This document shows positions 20,551 through 31,358 of a DNA stretch of 39,071 nt, piece by piece. The stretch is from assembly GCA_046861645.1 (NCBI GenBank), contig JBHHUM010000017.1, positions 1-39,071 of the forward strand. Reading direction: 5' to 3'. The notes under the pieces are model-generated. The model was not told where the DNA came from. It was given only the letters and a program-made list of their open reading frames with translations, and ran no database searches. The translations under genes and the position numbers were made by a program. Position 1 is the first letter of the stretch; each line of letters opens with the position of its first letter. This DNA is from Fidelibacterota bacterium. GTDB taxonomy: Bacteria > Fidelibacterota > Marinisomatia > Marinisomatales > UBA2128.

Positions 20551-20800
20551 GCAAACAAAAATGTCTATTTAATTTAAAGGCTTTGTTACGATTAAAAAGA
20601 GTACTCAGTAATGTATGGTAAAAATCTTTGCAGAGATAATGGAATGGTTATCAAAATTACTTACAGGAAAAGAGAGTTAGGTAAATGTAAAATCATATCA
20701 TCTGTACAACATTATATGCTGTCTATCTTTAGATATTAATATCAAGTGATAAAATTATTTAACTTTCAAAAAAAGGATTAGTCAGAATACGGGTGCCCAT

Positions 20801-20848
20801 TTGTTTTCCACAAGAATCTTATTTAATTTGTCAGCACGATGACAAATT
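20801..20848 (+). promoter_or_regulatory. Putative promoter with overlapping palindromic operator upstream of the Omp85 gene
   Basis: TTGTTT (20801-20806), 17-nt spacer, TAATTT (20824-20829), overlapped by the perfect inverted repeat AATTTGTCA-N6-TGACAAATT (20825-20848). Confidence 0.55.
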
Positions 20849-20893
20849 TAATCTGGTTATGGAACCAATATTCTCACCTCACATAAGAGAGAT

Positions 20894-23800
20894 ATGAGAA
20901 GATTATTACTGATATCAGTTTTAGCATTACTGGTGTTTAATGCTCCTCTTGTTGGGCAGAGTTTTGGCAAGAATAAGGTTCAATACCGGACTTTTGACTG
21001 GTCATACATTCAATCTGCCCATTTCGATCTTTATTTTTACGACCAAAATTTATCCTTGGCAGAATTTGCCTTAGAGATAGCTGAGCAAGCCTATGAACAG
21101 ATTGCCCGTTATATTAACTGGGATCTGCGTAAGAGGATCTCGATTATTATTTACAGTTCTCACAACGATTTTCAGCAGACCAATATCACTTATGAGTATA
21201 TGCCAGAGGGAGTGGGAGGAGTTACAGAACTTTTTAAGAATCGTATTGTGATTCCGTTTGAAGGGTCATATGAACAGTTTCGCCACGTCATTCATCATGA
21301 ACTGGTTCATGGTATGATCAACGATATGATTTATGGGGGATCAGCACAAAGTCTGATTGCTAACCGCATCCAGATTCGCATTCCCCTCTGGATGAATGAA
21401 GGTCTTGCTGAATATCTTTCCCTGAAGTGGGATACACAGGCTGATATGATTATGAGGGATGTGGCTATAAATGATAAGATTCCGGATATTCGTGAGCTTG
21501 AATATTATATGGTGTATAAGGGAGGTCAATCAGTCTGGAAATTTATTGCAGATACTTATGGATGGCAGAAGATTGGAGAAATCTGGGGACGTGCTAAACA
21601 GAAACAAAATGTAGAGGAAGCCTTCGAGTACTCTGTGGGACTTGACTATGAAGATCTATCCAAGCGCTGGAAAAAATATCTTAAAAGAGAATATTGGCCT
21701 GATGTTGCCGGTCGGGAAGATCTGGAGGATTATGCTCATCTACTGACCGATCATGAGGAACTCGAAAATTACTTTAATATTTCTCCAGCCATTTCTCCTG
21801 ACGGAGGCCGGATTGCAATTTTAACTGACCGTAGCGGTTACGCTGATGTCTATCTGATTTCTGCAGAAGATGGAAAAGTACTGAAGAAACTGGTAAAAGG
21901 AAATCGTACTCCGGATTTCGAGGAATTGAAGTGGCTACAGCCCGGTTTGTCTTGGTCACCAGATGGTAAAAAAATCGTTTTTGCTGCAAAATCTGGGAAA
22001 TCTGATGCCCTTTATATTATTGATGTAAATAGCGGTAAAAAGCAAAAGTTGACTTTTGATTTGGAAGGGATTTTTACAGCAGCCTGGAGTCCAGATGGAG
22101 AAAAGATAGCTTTCATTGGAAACAAGACAAATGCCAGTGATATTTACATTTACAATCTGAAAGATAAATCCCTTAAGAATCTTACCAACGATATATTTTC
22201 TGATAGTGAACCGTCATGGAGTCCGGATGGTACTAAAATTGCTTTTATTTCTGATCGCCCACTTATTCATGAACCACCTGAATTTAAAATGATTGTTCAT
22301 GATTACCGTCAGACAGATATTTATCTTTACGATCTATTGAGTAAAGAGATTAAGCGAGTAACACAAACACCAGATAACGAAAATTACCCTGCCTGGTCTC
22401 ATACAACCAATACTTTAGCCTACACATCTGATCGCAATGGCGTCTGGAATCTCTATCTCCATGATTTTGAGACAGGGGATTCCCGGGCTATCAGTAATGT
22501 ATTGACAGGGATTTTTCAACTCAGTTGGTCAACTGATGACCAAAATCTTATATTTTCTGGCTATACCGATATTGGTTGGGATATCTATTCTTTGAGTAAT
22601 CCTCTGGATATGGAACCCGTTGAGGTTAAGGCTTCCAATTTTGTATTAAAGGGAGAGGAAACAGAAGAGTCTGAGATAGAATCGTCTCACAAACATGAGA
22701 GACGTAAGCGTCGTGGTCCTGAGGAATCTGATTTTTCTCGGTGGATTTTTGCTTCAGAGTATTCCCAATATAACGATGAAGTAGATACTACTTCAAAGCC
22801 AGGAGAACAGCCGTTATCCATAAGTGACTATAAAGTGGAGGACGGTAGTTACCGGATTCATCCCTACAAAACACGATTTACCCTTGATCTGGTCAACGGG
22901 CAGGCGAGTTTCAGCAATGTCTTTGGATATATAGGAACTACTCTTTTCGCTTTTAGCGATATTTTAGGAGATCATCGCATTTTTTTAGGTACAGAAATGG
23001 TTATCAGCCCTGAAAATAGCGACTATTTCTTCCAGTACGATTACCTTCGTCAACGAACTGACTACTCAATGTCTTTTTTCCATACGGCGAATTTTTTTGG
23101 TAACCAGTACGAGTTTCTCAGGCTTAGACATTATGCCCTTGATTTCTCCTTGGCCCGACCATTCAGTCGATTTCAGCGATTAGAAGTGGGTATCAGTACA
23201 CACACTATTAATCACCGACTCTACTATTTAAGTGGTTATGATGAGTATGACATAGAGGAGGAAATGAGTCTCAGAGCCCTGACCTATCGCTTGAACTGGG
23301 TTTATGACAATTCGGTATGGGGGTTCACGGGTCCTGGTGATGGCTTTCGAGCCAACCTGCAGTATTTTCAAAGTTTAAATGCCTATGGTGATAAGATGGA
23401 CTTTAAAACAGTGCTTTTGGATGCTCGTCGCTATTTCCGAGTTTCTCGGCTTTACACTTTCGCTTTCCGGCTGATGACGGGGCAAAGTTTTGGATCAGAT
23501 GCCCAGAAATTCTTTTTGGGTGGTGTGGATAATTGGATTTTGGGAGTAGGAGAAACAAACGGTACTCGGGATGGAACTTCACGATTTAACCCCGATGAAA
23601 ATTTATTTGATAGTGGTCGGGATGATTATCTAAAAAATCTATATTTCTCAATTTTCGCCCTACCGGTCAGGGGAACACGTTATTTGGAGCGATCAGGAAC
23701 AAAGCTCTTCCTGACAAATTTCGAATTCCGGTTTCCCTTCGTGAATTATCTGGCTTTAGGGTTTCCTCTAAAACTCATTTTTGGTAACATCCGTGGAGTA

Positions 23801-24022
23801 ATGTTTGTAGATGCTGGTGCCTCTTGGGATGGTAATCCACATCTTTCCTCGGTAAACCCCAACACGGGTCGGAAGGAGTTTGATGACCTGATTATGGACT
23901 ATGGTATCGGGTTGAGGATCAATTTGGGTTATTTTATCCTGCGTTTGGATACTGCCTGGGATTATAAGATGCGTGGTTCTTCACGGCCTCAGTACTATCT
24001 CTCCTTAGGGACGGATCTATAA
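20894..24022 (+). CDS. Omp85/BamA-family OM protein with N-terminal gluzincin-like peptidase and PD40 (TolB-like) propeller
   Basis: Signal peptide; HELVH...NEGLAEY; repeated WSPDG motifs; C-terminal barrel with PVRG, EFRFP, FVDAG, GIGLR and LRLD. Confidence 0.88.
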   Translation: MRRLLLISVLALLVFNAPLVGQSFGKNKVQYRTFDWSYIQSAHFDLYFYDQNLSLAEFALEIAEQAYEQIARYINWDLRKRISIIIYSSHNDFQQTNITYEYMPEGVGGVTELFKNRIVIPFEGSYEQFRHVIHHELVHGMINDMIYGGSAQSLIANRIQIRIPLWMNEGLAEYLSLKWDTQADMIMRDVAINDKIPDIRELEYYMVYKGGQSVWKFIADTYGWQKIGEIWGRAKQKQNVEEAFEYSVGLDYEDLSKRWKKYLKREYWPDVAGREDLEDYAHLLTDHEELENYFNISPAISPDGGRIAILTDRSGYADVYLISAEDGKVLKKLVKGNRTPDFEELKWLQPGLSWSPDGKKIVFAAKSGKSDALYIIDVNSGKKQKLTFDLEGIFTAAWSPDGEKIAFIGNKTNASDIYIYNLKDKSLKNLTNDIFSDSEPSWSPDGTKIAFISDRPLIHEPPEFKMIVHDYRQTDIYLYDLLSKEIKRVTQTPDNENYPAWSHTTNTLAYTSDRNGVWNLYLHDFETGDSRAISNVLTGIFQLSWSTDDQNLIFSGYTDIGWDIYSLSNPLDMEPVEVKASNFVLKGEETEESEIESSHKHERRKRRGPEESDFSRWIFASEYSQYNDEVDTTSKPGEQPLSISDYKVEDGSYRIHPYKTRFTLDLVNGQASFSNVFGYIGTTLFAFSDILGDHRIFLGTEMVISPENSDYFFQYDYLRQRTDYSMSFFHTANFFGNQYEFLRLRHYALDFSLARPFSRFQRLEVGISTHTINHRLYYLSGYDEYDIEEEMSLRALTYRLNWVYDNSVWGFTGPGDGFRANLQYFQSLNAYGDKMDFKTVLLDARRYFRVSRLYTFAFRLMTGQSFGSDAQKFFLGGVDNWILGVGETNGTRDGTSRFNPDENLFDSGRDDYLKNLYFSIFALPVRGTRYLERSGTKLFLTNFEFRFPFVNYLALGFPLKLIFGNIRGVMFVDAGASWDGNPHLSSVNPNTGRKEFDDLIMDYGIGLRINLGYFILRLDTAWDYKMRGSSRPQYYLSLGTDL

Positions 24023-24085
24023 TATCTGTTTCTTCCAATTCGGATAGGATTTATTTCGAAGAATACCTTTCAGTTGTCAAGTAGC

Positions 24086-24892
24086 ATGATACGCTTTCTT
24101 CTAATTTTTATTGGATTTCCCCTGTTTCTTCTCCCGGCAGAAATTGACACATTAAGCGTGTTCAGCATGGCAATGGATAAAGATATTCCTGTGGTAGTTG
24201 CCCTGCCTGATAATTTTCAATCAGCAACTGAACTTTTCCCTGTAGTGTATCTTCTCCATGGTTACAGCGGCGACTACTTGAACTGGATCAATCATACGGA
24301 TTTAGGCAAAATGGCTGACCAATATGGTTTTGTCATCGTTTGCCCAGATGGAGGATACAACAGCTGGTACCTTGATAGTCCAGTTGATAAGGAAAGTCAG
24401 TACGAAACTTTTGTAGCTGTAGAACTTGTTCAGTGGATAGATTCTAATTATCACACTATCAGTGGGAAACAGGGAAGAGCTATCACCGGACTCAGCATGG
24501 GGGGTCACGGAGCGCTTTACCTGGCGCTACGTCACTCGGAAAACTATATTGCTGCTGGAAGCATGAGTGGGGTTCTTGATCTATCTCAAGCGGGAACGAA
24601 GTATCAGATTCTGGAAAAGTTAGGAGCTAAAAGAGACGATTGGGAAATGTTGGCAAGTCATTCAGTTATTTACCTCTTAGACGAACTTGAGAATAGCTCT
24701 CTGGCAATTTTGATCGATTGTGGTGTTGATGACCGTTTTATAAATAGTAACCGCCAGGCTCACACTTTAATGCTGGAGAAAGGAATTGAACACGACTACT
24801 TTGAACGTCCTGGGGGACATTCGTGGGACTACTGGGTCAATGTTCTGGAGTATCACTTGCTATTTTTCAAAAAACAGTTAGAGAGAGGTTGA
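24086..24892 (+). CDS. Secreted alpha/beta-hydrolase esterase (Esterase family)
   Basis: PVVYLLHG, GLSMGG nucleophile, DCGVDD and GGHSWDYW; signal peptide from ATG 24086. Confidence 0.9.
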   Translation: MIRFLLIFIGFPLFLLPAEIDTLSVFSMAMDKDIPVVVALPDNFQSATELFPVVYLLHGYSGDYLNWINHTDLGKMADQYGFVIVCPDGGYNSWYLDSPVDKESQYETFVAVELVQWIDSNYHTISGKQGRAITGLSMGGHGALYLALRHSENYIAAGSMSGVLDLSQAGTKYQILEKLGAKRDDWEMLASHSVIYLLDELENSSLAILIDCGVDDRFINSNRQAHTLMLEKGIEHDYFERPGGHSWDYWVNVLEYHLLFFKKQLERG

Positions 24893-24909
24893 TAGGGTTA
24901 ATATGATCG

Positions 24910-24931
24910 TAGCTTAAATGAAAATAAGCTA
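24910..24931. terminator. Weak hairpin between convergent genes
   Basis: TAGCTTA-N8-TAAGCTA inverted repeat; no clear U-tract. Confidence 0.3.
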
Positions 24932-24977
24932 GGAGGTAGCAACTGCTTCATTCAATACCTTAAACTCATTATTCATA

Positions 24978-26249
24978 TTAGAAACTAAAGGAGAATGAGT
25001 ATCTATTACCACCAGAACCAAAGCGGGGATTGACTATGTTATTATAAATTGATCCAAAAGAGTAAGAGAAACCTACAGAAGCGAAGTAAGAGAACTGGGT
25101 TTCTAATTCTGCCCTTTTGAGGAGGACGTCTTCGATAGAATAATCCCCTAAAGGGATGGACAACTGATTGTGTACCATTGCACTGGAGCCGAACAGGTTG
25201 AGTGACAGCCCTTTTACCAATCTCAAGGATAGCATGGTATTCAGGCTCAAGATGTTCTTGGAAAAGTCGTGAAAATAATGGTTTCCTTCTATGGAGATAT
25301 TTACAGTCCCCCAAGGTTTTACAGTTTCCAAGGAAAGTGATAATCCTTCATCCCAAAGGGTTTCCTCAGTTTTTAAATAGATGGTTTCTTCAAGGTATTT
25401 GTACTGACTTATTCCAACCGCATAAATCAGCCTGAGTTGGCGTCGGGTAGACTCAGAATAGGGATAAAAGTTATACTCAAATTTAGGTGTAAGTGATAGC
25501 GCCAGGTCGGTATTATTAACTGATGAAATCCAACCTTCACTCCATATTCCTATAGAAGTATGATCTGTCAGTGATTTTATGATTGAAATACTAAACCTTC
25601 TACCTTTAGATGTACTTAAATACTTTTCGCCACCATATTCATAAGCATCTTCGTTATAGTTACCGTTGAAAGAAATTAGGAGCTTCCATTCTTCAGTAAT
25701 GTGGTTGGCACTGATGGTACCATACAGTGAAAGGGATTGGTATGATTTTTGAGCATTAAAAAAGCTGTTTCCGCGCAGATTAAAGACCCAATTATGCCAT
25801 TTATCAACCGGCTGGGAGATAGCTTCAGTTTCCTGCAACACTTGGACATCTATCTTATCAGCTAAAGGAGTTGTGAGCAGGTATTGTACCAGTCCAATCC
25901 TAAGTATTCTTACTCTCTCCTGGCGCATCTTGTCTGCAGTATCCTCTGGACCAGTCATAAATCTGAGGGTATCATTTTGTCCTATGAATTGCTCACGTCC
26001 GATGAAGGTTAGTGTGAACTCGCTACCCCCAGAGCCAGTTCTCTGAATTGTTTGGAAAATGTGGATGTCGGCATCTTGCCGGTCCCGTACGTAAACAACA
26101 TAGGGAATCTCTTGCCGGACGAAATCCATATCACACCTACCACACTCCAGGAAGATGTTCAACGATGTTTTCACCGGTTCTGTTGCAGAAAGAGCTCCTA
26201 TTATCAAAATCGGTAATCCTAACAAATGTGCAAGCCATTTATTCAACAT
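24978..26249 (-). CDS. Putative outer-membrane beta-barrel protein with N-terminal CxxC domain
   Basis: Signal peptide; FLECGRCD..YVRDRQDAD domain; alternating aromatic beta-strands; C-terminal YSFSFSF; AGGAG SD. Confidence 0.75.
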   Translation of the reverse strand: MLNKWLAHLLGLPILIIGALSATEPVKTSLNIFLECGRCDMDFVRQEIPYVVYVRDRQDADIHIFQTIQRTGSGGSEFTLTFIGREQFIGQNDTLRFMTGPEDTADKMRQERVRILRIGLVQYLLTTPLADKIDVQVLQETEAISQPVDKWHNWVFNLRGNSFFNAQKSYQSLSLYGTISANHITEEWKLLISFNGNYNEDAYEYGGEKYLSTSKGRRFSISIIKSLTDHTSIGIWSEGWISSVNNTDLALSLTPKFEYNFYPYSESTRRQLRLIYAVGISQYKYLEETIYLKTEETLWDEGLSLSLETVKPWGTVNISIEGNHYFHDFSKNILSLNTMLSLRLVKGLSLNLFGSSAMVHNQLSIPLGDYSIEDVLLKRAELETQFSYFASVGFSYSFGSIYNNIVNPRFGSGGNRYSFSFSF

Positions 26250-26510
26250 AATTCTTCTCCTCTAATGTGACTAAAAGATCAGTTAAATCATTCATAGGAA
26301 ACCATGTAGATTTCCAGATTTATTAATTCATACTGTGGATTCTACTCGGATAAAAAACAGGTTCAACCTAGTTGTTCTTAAGTAGTATTACTATACTTGT
26401 TTATCCAAAAGAGAAATTAGTATAAATCGGTATGAGTAGATCGTCTTTTTCTGATCTATTTTAAATTCACTTGATTTTCCTCAAAGCTGTGGTCAACTTC
26501 ATTTCCCGCG

Positions 26511-27866
26511 ATGATGGCGCAATCCAGGTCAAAGATCACGTTCCTCTGTTCTGAATGCGGTAACGATTTCCCCAAGTGGCACGGGAAATGCCCTGCTTGT
26601 GGAGAGTGGGGAACGGTGAAGGAATACTCTATTCCCACCAACAGTAAGCGATCCCACATAGTAACAAGAAGGAGTATTCCTCTGCAGGAAGTGTTGTATG
26701 GGGAGAAAATGGAACGAACTTCTACAAGGTTACGGGAAGTGGACCGAGTATTAGGAGGGGGCTTGCTCCCCGGTTCCGTGGTTTTACTGGGAGGAAATCC
26801 TGGTATCGGGAAGTCTACGTTGGCTCTCCAGTTGGTAGCAGGGTTAAGACAGCATGTCCTCTATGTTTCAGCTGAAGAGAGTGAAGATCAGATAGCCCTC
26901 CGGGCTCGCCGTCTGCAGATTGATGAGGATACACTAACACTTACAGGTGAAAACCGATGGGAGGGAATTGAAGAACAGCTGGCATTAGTAAAGCCCTTAT
27001 ATTTTATTATCGACTCTATTCAGACTATCTACTCGGAGACGAGTAGTAGTCTACCGGGATCAGTTGGACAGATTCGGGAATGTGGACAGAAAATCCTGGA
27101 GTATTGTAAAAAGTCAAAAGTATCCTCTATCGTAGTTGGTCATGTGACCAAAGATGGCATCATTGCTGGACCCCGTATGCTGGAGCATATAGTGGATACG
27201 GTACTCTATCTGGAAGGTGATCGCCAGCATGATTACCGAATTCTTCGCTCGGTAAAAAATCGTTTTGGTCCTACCAGTGAGGTGGGAGTATTTGAGATGA
27301 CCGAAAAGGGGTTAGTGGAAGTGGATAATCCCTCCAAGTTATTTCTGGCGGAGCGTCAATCTGATGTAGCTGGTTCGGCTATAGTGTCGTTTATGGAAGG
27401 GAGCCGTCCTATCCTTGTGGAAGTCCAGGCACTCACTTCTAATGCCAACTTTGGAACACCCCAGCGGAATGTGACGGGATTTAGTATCCGACGATTGGCT
27501 ATGCTATTGGCTGTGTTAGAGAAACGGCTCGGCTTCCCGGTGAGCACCAAGGATGTCTTTGTTAACTTTGTGGGTGGTTTGAGAGTAGATGAACCTGCTG
27601 CCGACCTTGCTGTAATTGCTGCCATCGCTTCGAGCTTGGGTAACAATTCTTTGCCAGTTGATGCTGTATTGGTTGGTGAGGTAGGCCTGGGGGGTGAACT
27701 GCGAGGAGTTTCTCAATTGGAACGACGGATTGAAGAAGCTAAACAGTTAGGTTTTAAAACTATCGTGGCACCCATAACAAGTGTGAAAAAAATCAAGGGG
27801 AAATCCACTGACGTCAGGTTGAAAGGAGTTAAAACAGTGCGGGAAGCTTTTGATTTTTTATTTTGA
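26511..27866 (+). CDS. radA: DNA repair protein RadA/Sms
   Basis: C4 zinc finger (CSEC...CPAC), GNPGIGKST, KNRFG and GEVGLGGE motifs. Confidence 0.97.
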   Translation: MMAQSRSKITFLCSECGNDFPKWHGKCPACGEWGTVKEYSIPTNSKRSHIVTRRSIPLQEVLYGEKMERTSTRLREVDRVLGGGLLPGSVVLLGGNPGIGKSTLALQLVAGLRQHVLYVSAEESEDQIALRARRLQIDEDTLTLTGENRWEGIEEQLALVKPLYFIIDSIQTIYSETSSSLPGSVGQIRECGQKILEYCKKSKVSSIVVGHVTKDGIIAGPRMLEHIVDTVLYLEGDRQHDYRILRSVKNRFGPTSEVGVFEMTEKGLVEVDNPSKLFLAERQSDVAGSAIVSFMEGSRPILVEVQALTSNANFGTPQRNVTGFSIRRLAMLLAVLEKRLGFPVSTKDVFVNFVGGLRVDEPAADLAVIAAIASSLGNNSLPVDAVLVGEVGLGGELRGVSQLERRIEEAKQLGFKTIVAPITSVKKIKGKSTDVRLKGVKTVREAFDFLF

Positions 27867-27890
27867 TTTTGCTCTTTATGGGTAGTATGA

Positions 27891-29487
<1,597 letters not shown>

Positions 29488-29490
29488 CAA

Positions 29491-30711
29491 TCAGCTTTTA
29501 ATAAAAAAAATGACTTCATTTACATCAGTTGTTATTTTATAGCCCACTCTTTTAGTATGTAACCATCCGCCCTGGAAAGCCATATCTGTTTCTGACTCAT
29601 TTCCCTCGTAGCGTTGCATCACGGTATGTCCACGAATGGCAAGCTCTCCTTTTTCTCTCTCTTTTACAGGTGAGGATTTGTCATTAAGTATGTTGACTTC
29701 TGTGGTTTGGAGTTCAACCCCGATGGGCATTGCTGCCTTTTCATCGAATAGAGTTTGATAATCTGAATCTTTCAGATTAACCGGCAGGAGTGTGGCAAAG
29801 GAAGAGCATTCTGCAGAGTGAAATCCTGTAATCATTTTACATCCCATTTGATTGATAACCTGCTGTGCCAGCTCTGAGGACAACCCTGTCACAAGTGTAA
29901 TGAACTGTAACCTCTCAGGAATTTCAGTGTTACTGAAAGCGATATATTCTAAAAGTTTACTCAGGAGTGAAGGAGTTGTCAGCATCCACCGTGAATTTGT
30001 CTCTCTAATCATCTGGATCATCTGTTCAGGATCAGGAGTACATAGAGCCAGAGATGCTCCGACGTAGGCTGTAGTTAGTAAACCGGCAACATATCCTAAA
30101 CTTTCACCAATAGACAATGGACATATGACGATATCATCGCAAGTAAGGTTTAAATGGAGGGAGTTGGCGAGACCGCTGGAAAGGACATTGTTATGGGATA
30201 GAGTGATAACTCGGTTGACTTGCTCGGTGAAAATGATAGCGTCATCGGACAGTTTTGACTTTTGTCCAAGTTCATACTCTGTGGACTGTTGAGCTATAAG
30301 ATCAAGGAAACCTGAAGAAGGGAATGGATCAGATAGGGCATAAAGTTCCTTGGATGATACTCCTTTTTCGGGGACTAAAATGGCGCCCTCTAACCAGAGC
30401 CCCCAGTATTTAACAACTGTTTCCAGGTCGTTGCGAGTATTTAATCTGATTCGCTGGCCAAAAGTAGTTTCTTTGAGTCGTAGATAGTTGGCAGCCTGTT
30501 TAGCCAGGTCATGTAGCTCAGCATAGGATGCTGAATGTAATGAATGATCCTCCAGCCACCAGATGATGGGTCGCTCATCATGAAGGAGAATTTGGGATTC
30601 CAACATAGAGCGTGTACTGGGATATAATACCATGGATTCTTCTGAGGGGAGACCCTGAACAGAACGAGCCGTTTCTGCATCACTCAATTCATCTTGCCAG
30701 GAGAGGTGCAT
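29491..30711 (-). CDS. Degenerate AMP-binding (ANL) enzyme homologue lacking catalytic motifs and the C-terminal domain
   Basis: SYAEL, LSHNN, GELAIRGHTVMQRY and GWLHT motifs are present, but the P-loop, GD motif and C-terminal domain are missing. Confidence 0.7.
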   Translation of the reverse strand: MHLSWQDELSDAETARSVQGLPSEESMVLYPSTRSMLESQILLHDERPIIWWLEDHSLHSASYAELHDLAKQAANYLRLKETTFGQRIRLNTRNDLETVVKYWGLWLEGAILVPEKGVSSKELYALSDPFPSSGFLDLIAQQSTEYELGQKSKLSDDAIIFTEQVNRVITLSHNNVLSSGLANSLHLNLTCDDIVICPLSIGESLGYVAGLLTTAYVGASLALCTPDPEQMIQMIRETNSRWMLTTPSLLSKLLEYIAFSNTEIPERLQFITLVTGLSSELAQQVINQMGCKMITGFHSAECSSFATLLPVNLKDSDYQTLFDEKAAMPIGVELQTTEVNILNDKSSPVKEREKGELAIRGHTVMQRYEGNESETDMAFQGGWLHTKRVGYKITTDVNEVIFFIKS

Positions 30712-30727
30712 ATTTCAGTGAAAAGGT

Positions 30728-31348
30728 TTATCTGGAGATCTTGCGGACAACTTCGAAGGTATCCCTTATGCGTACATAGGCATTACCAGCGAGGCGCCCG
30801 ACAGGTTTCAGTTTATCAAGTTTGATATGACCATCATCTATCACCTCGTCGTCTATGTGGAAAAGTACTACTGTCCCTATGACTATAAATCCACTCCCGG
30901 CAGTGCCATCACCGATTTCAACGATTTGATTCAGTTGACATTCAAAATTAATTAGGGATTCCTTTACTCGAGGTGGGGTTACAATATTACTGGATACTGG
31001 AGTGAGTCCGGAGACATCGAATTCATCCACTTCAGGGTCGAAGTCAGTAGAGCAAGCCACCATTTGTTCCGTGTAATTTTCAGATACGATATTAACTACA
31101 AATTCCTCTGTATTCCGGATATTATTAAGAGTATCCTTAGTTTCGCCACTATACCCCCGTCGTGAAGGAGCAAACATGATTGTTGGTGGATTAGAGCAGA
31201 CACCGTTGAAGTAAGAGAAGGGTGCCAGATTACGGATCCCATCCAGGGAAAGGGTGCTGACAAAGGCGATGGGTCGCGGAATAATGGAACCGATCATTAG
31301 CTTGTGAATATCCTGGAAGCGGTGTTCTTTGGGATCGACAATCATCAA
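30728..31348 (-). CDS. Flavin reductase-like FMN-binding protein (DIM6/NTAB family)
   Basis: PRPIAFVST, NLAPFSYF, KDTLNNI, EFVVN and PVGRLAG motifs. Confidence 0.9.
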   Translation of the reverse strand: MMIVDPKEHRFQDIHKLMIGSIIPRPIAFVSTLSLDGIRNLAPFSYFNGVCSNPPTIMFAPSRRGYSGETKDTLNNIRNTEEFVVNIVSENYTEQMVACSTDFDPEVDEFDVSGLTPVSSNIVTPPRVKESLINFECQLNQIVEIGDGTAGSGFIVIGTVVLFHIDDEVIDDGHIKLDKLKPVGRLAGNAYVRIRDTFEVVRKISR

Positions 31349-31358
31349 TTACTTTAGA

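Noticed and set aside
26355..26400. Short imperfect palindromes between the barrel gene and radA (AGGTT-C-AACCT and others) as an SOS-like operator
   Set aside because: Too short for AT-rich DNA, and no match to a LexA box I can support.
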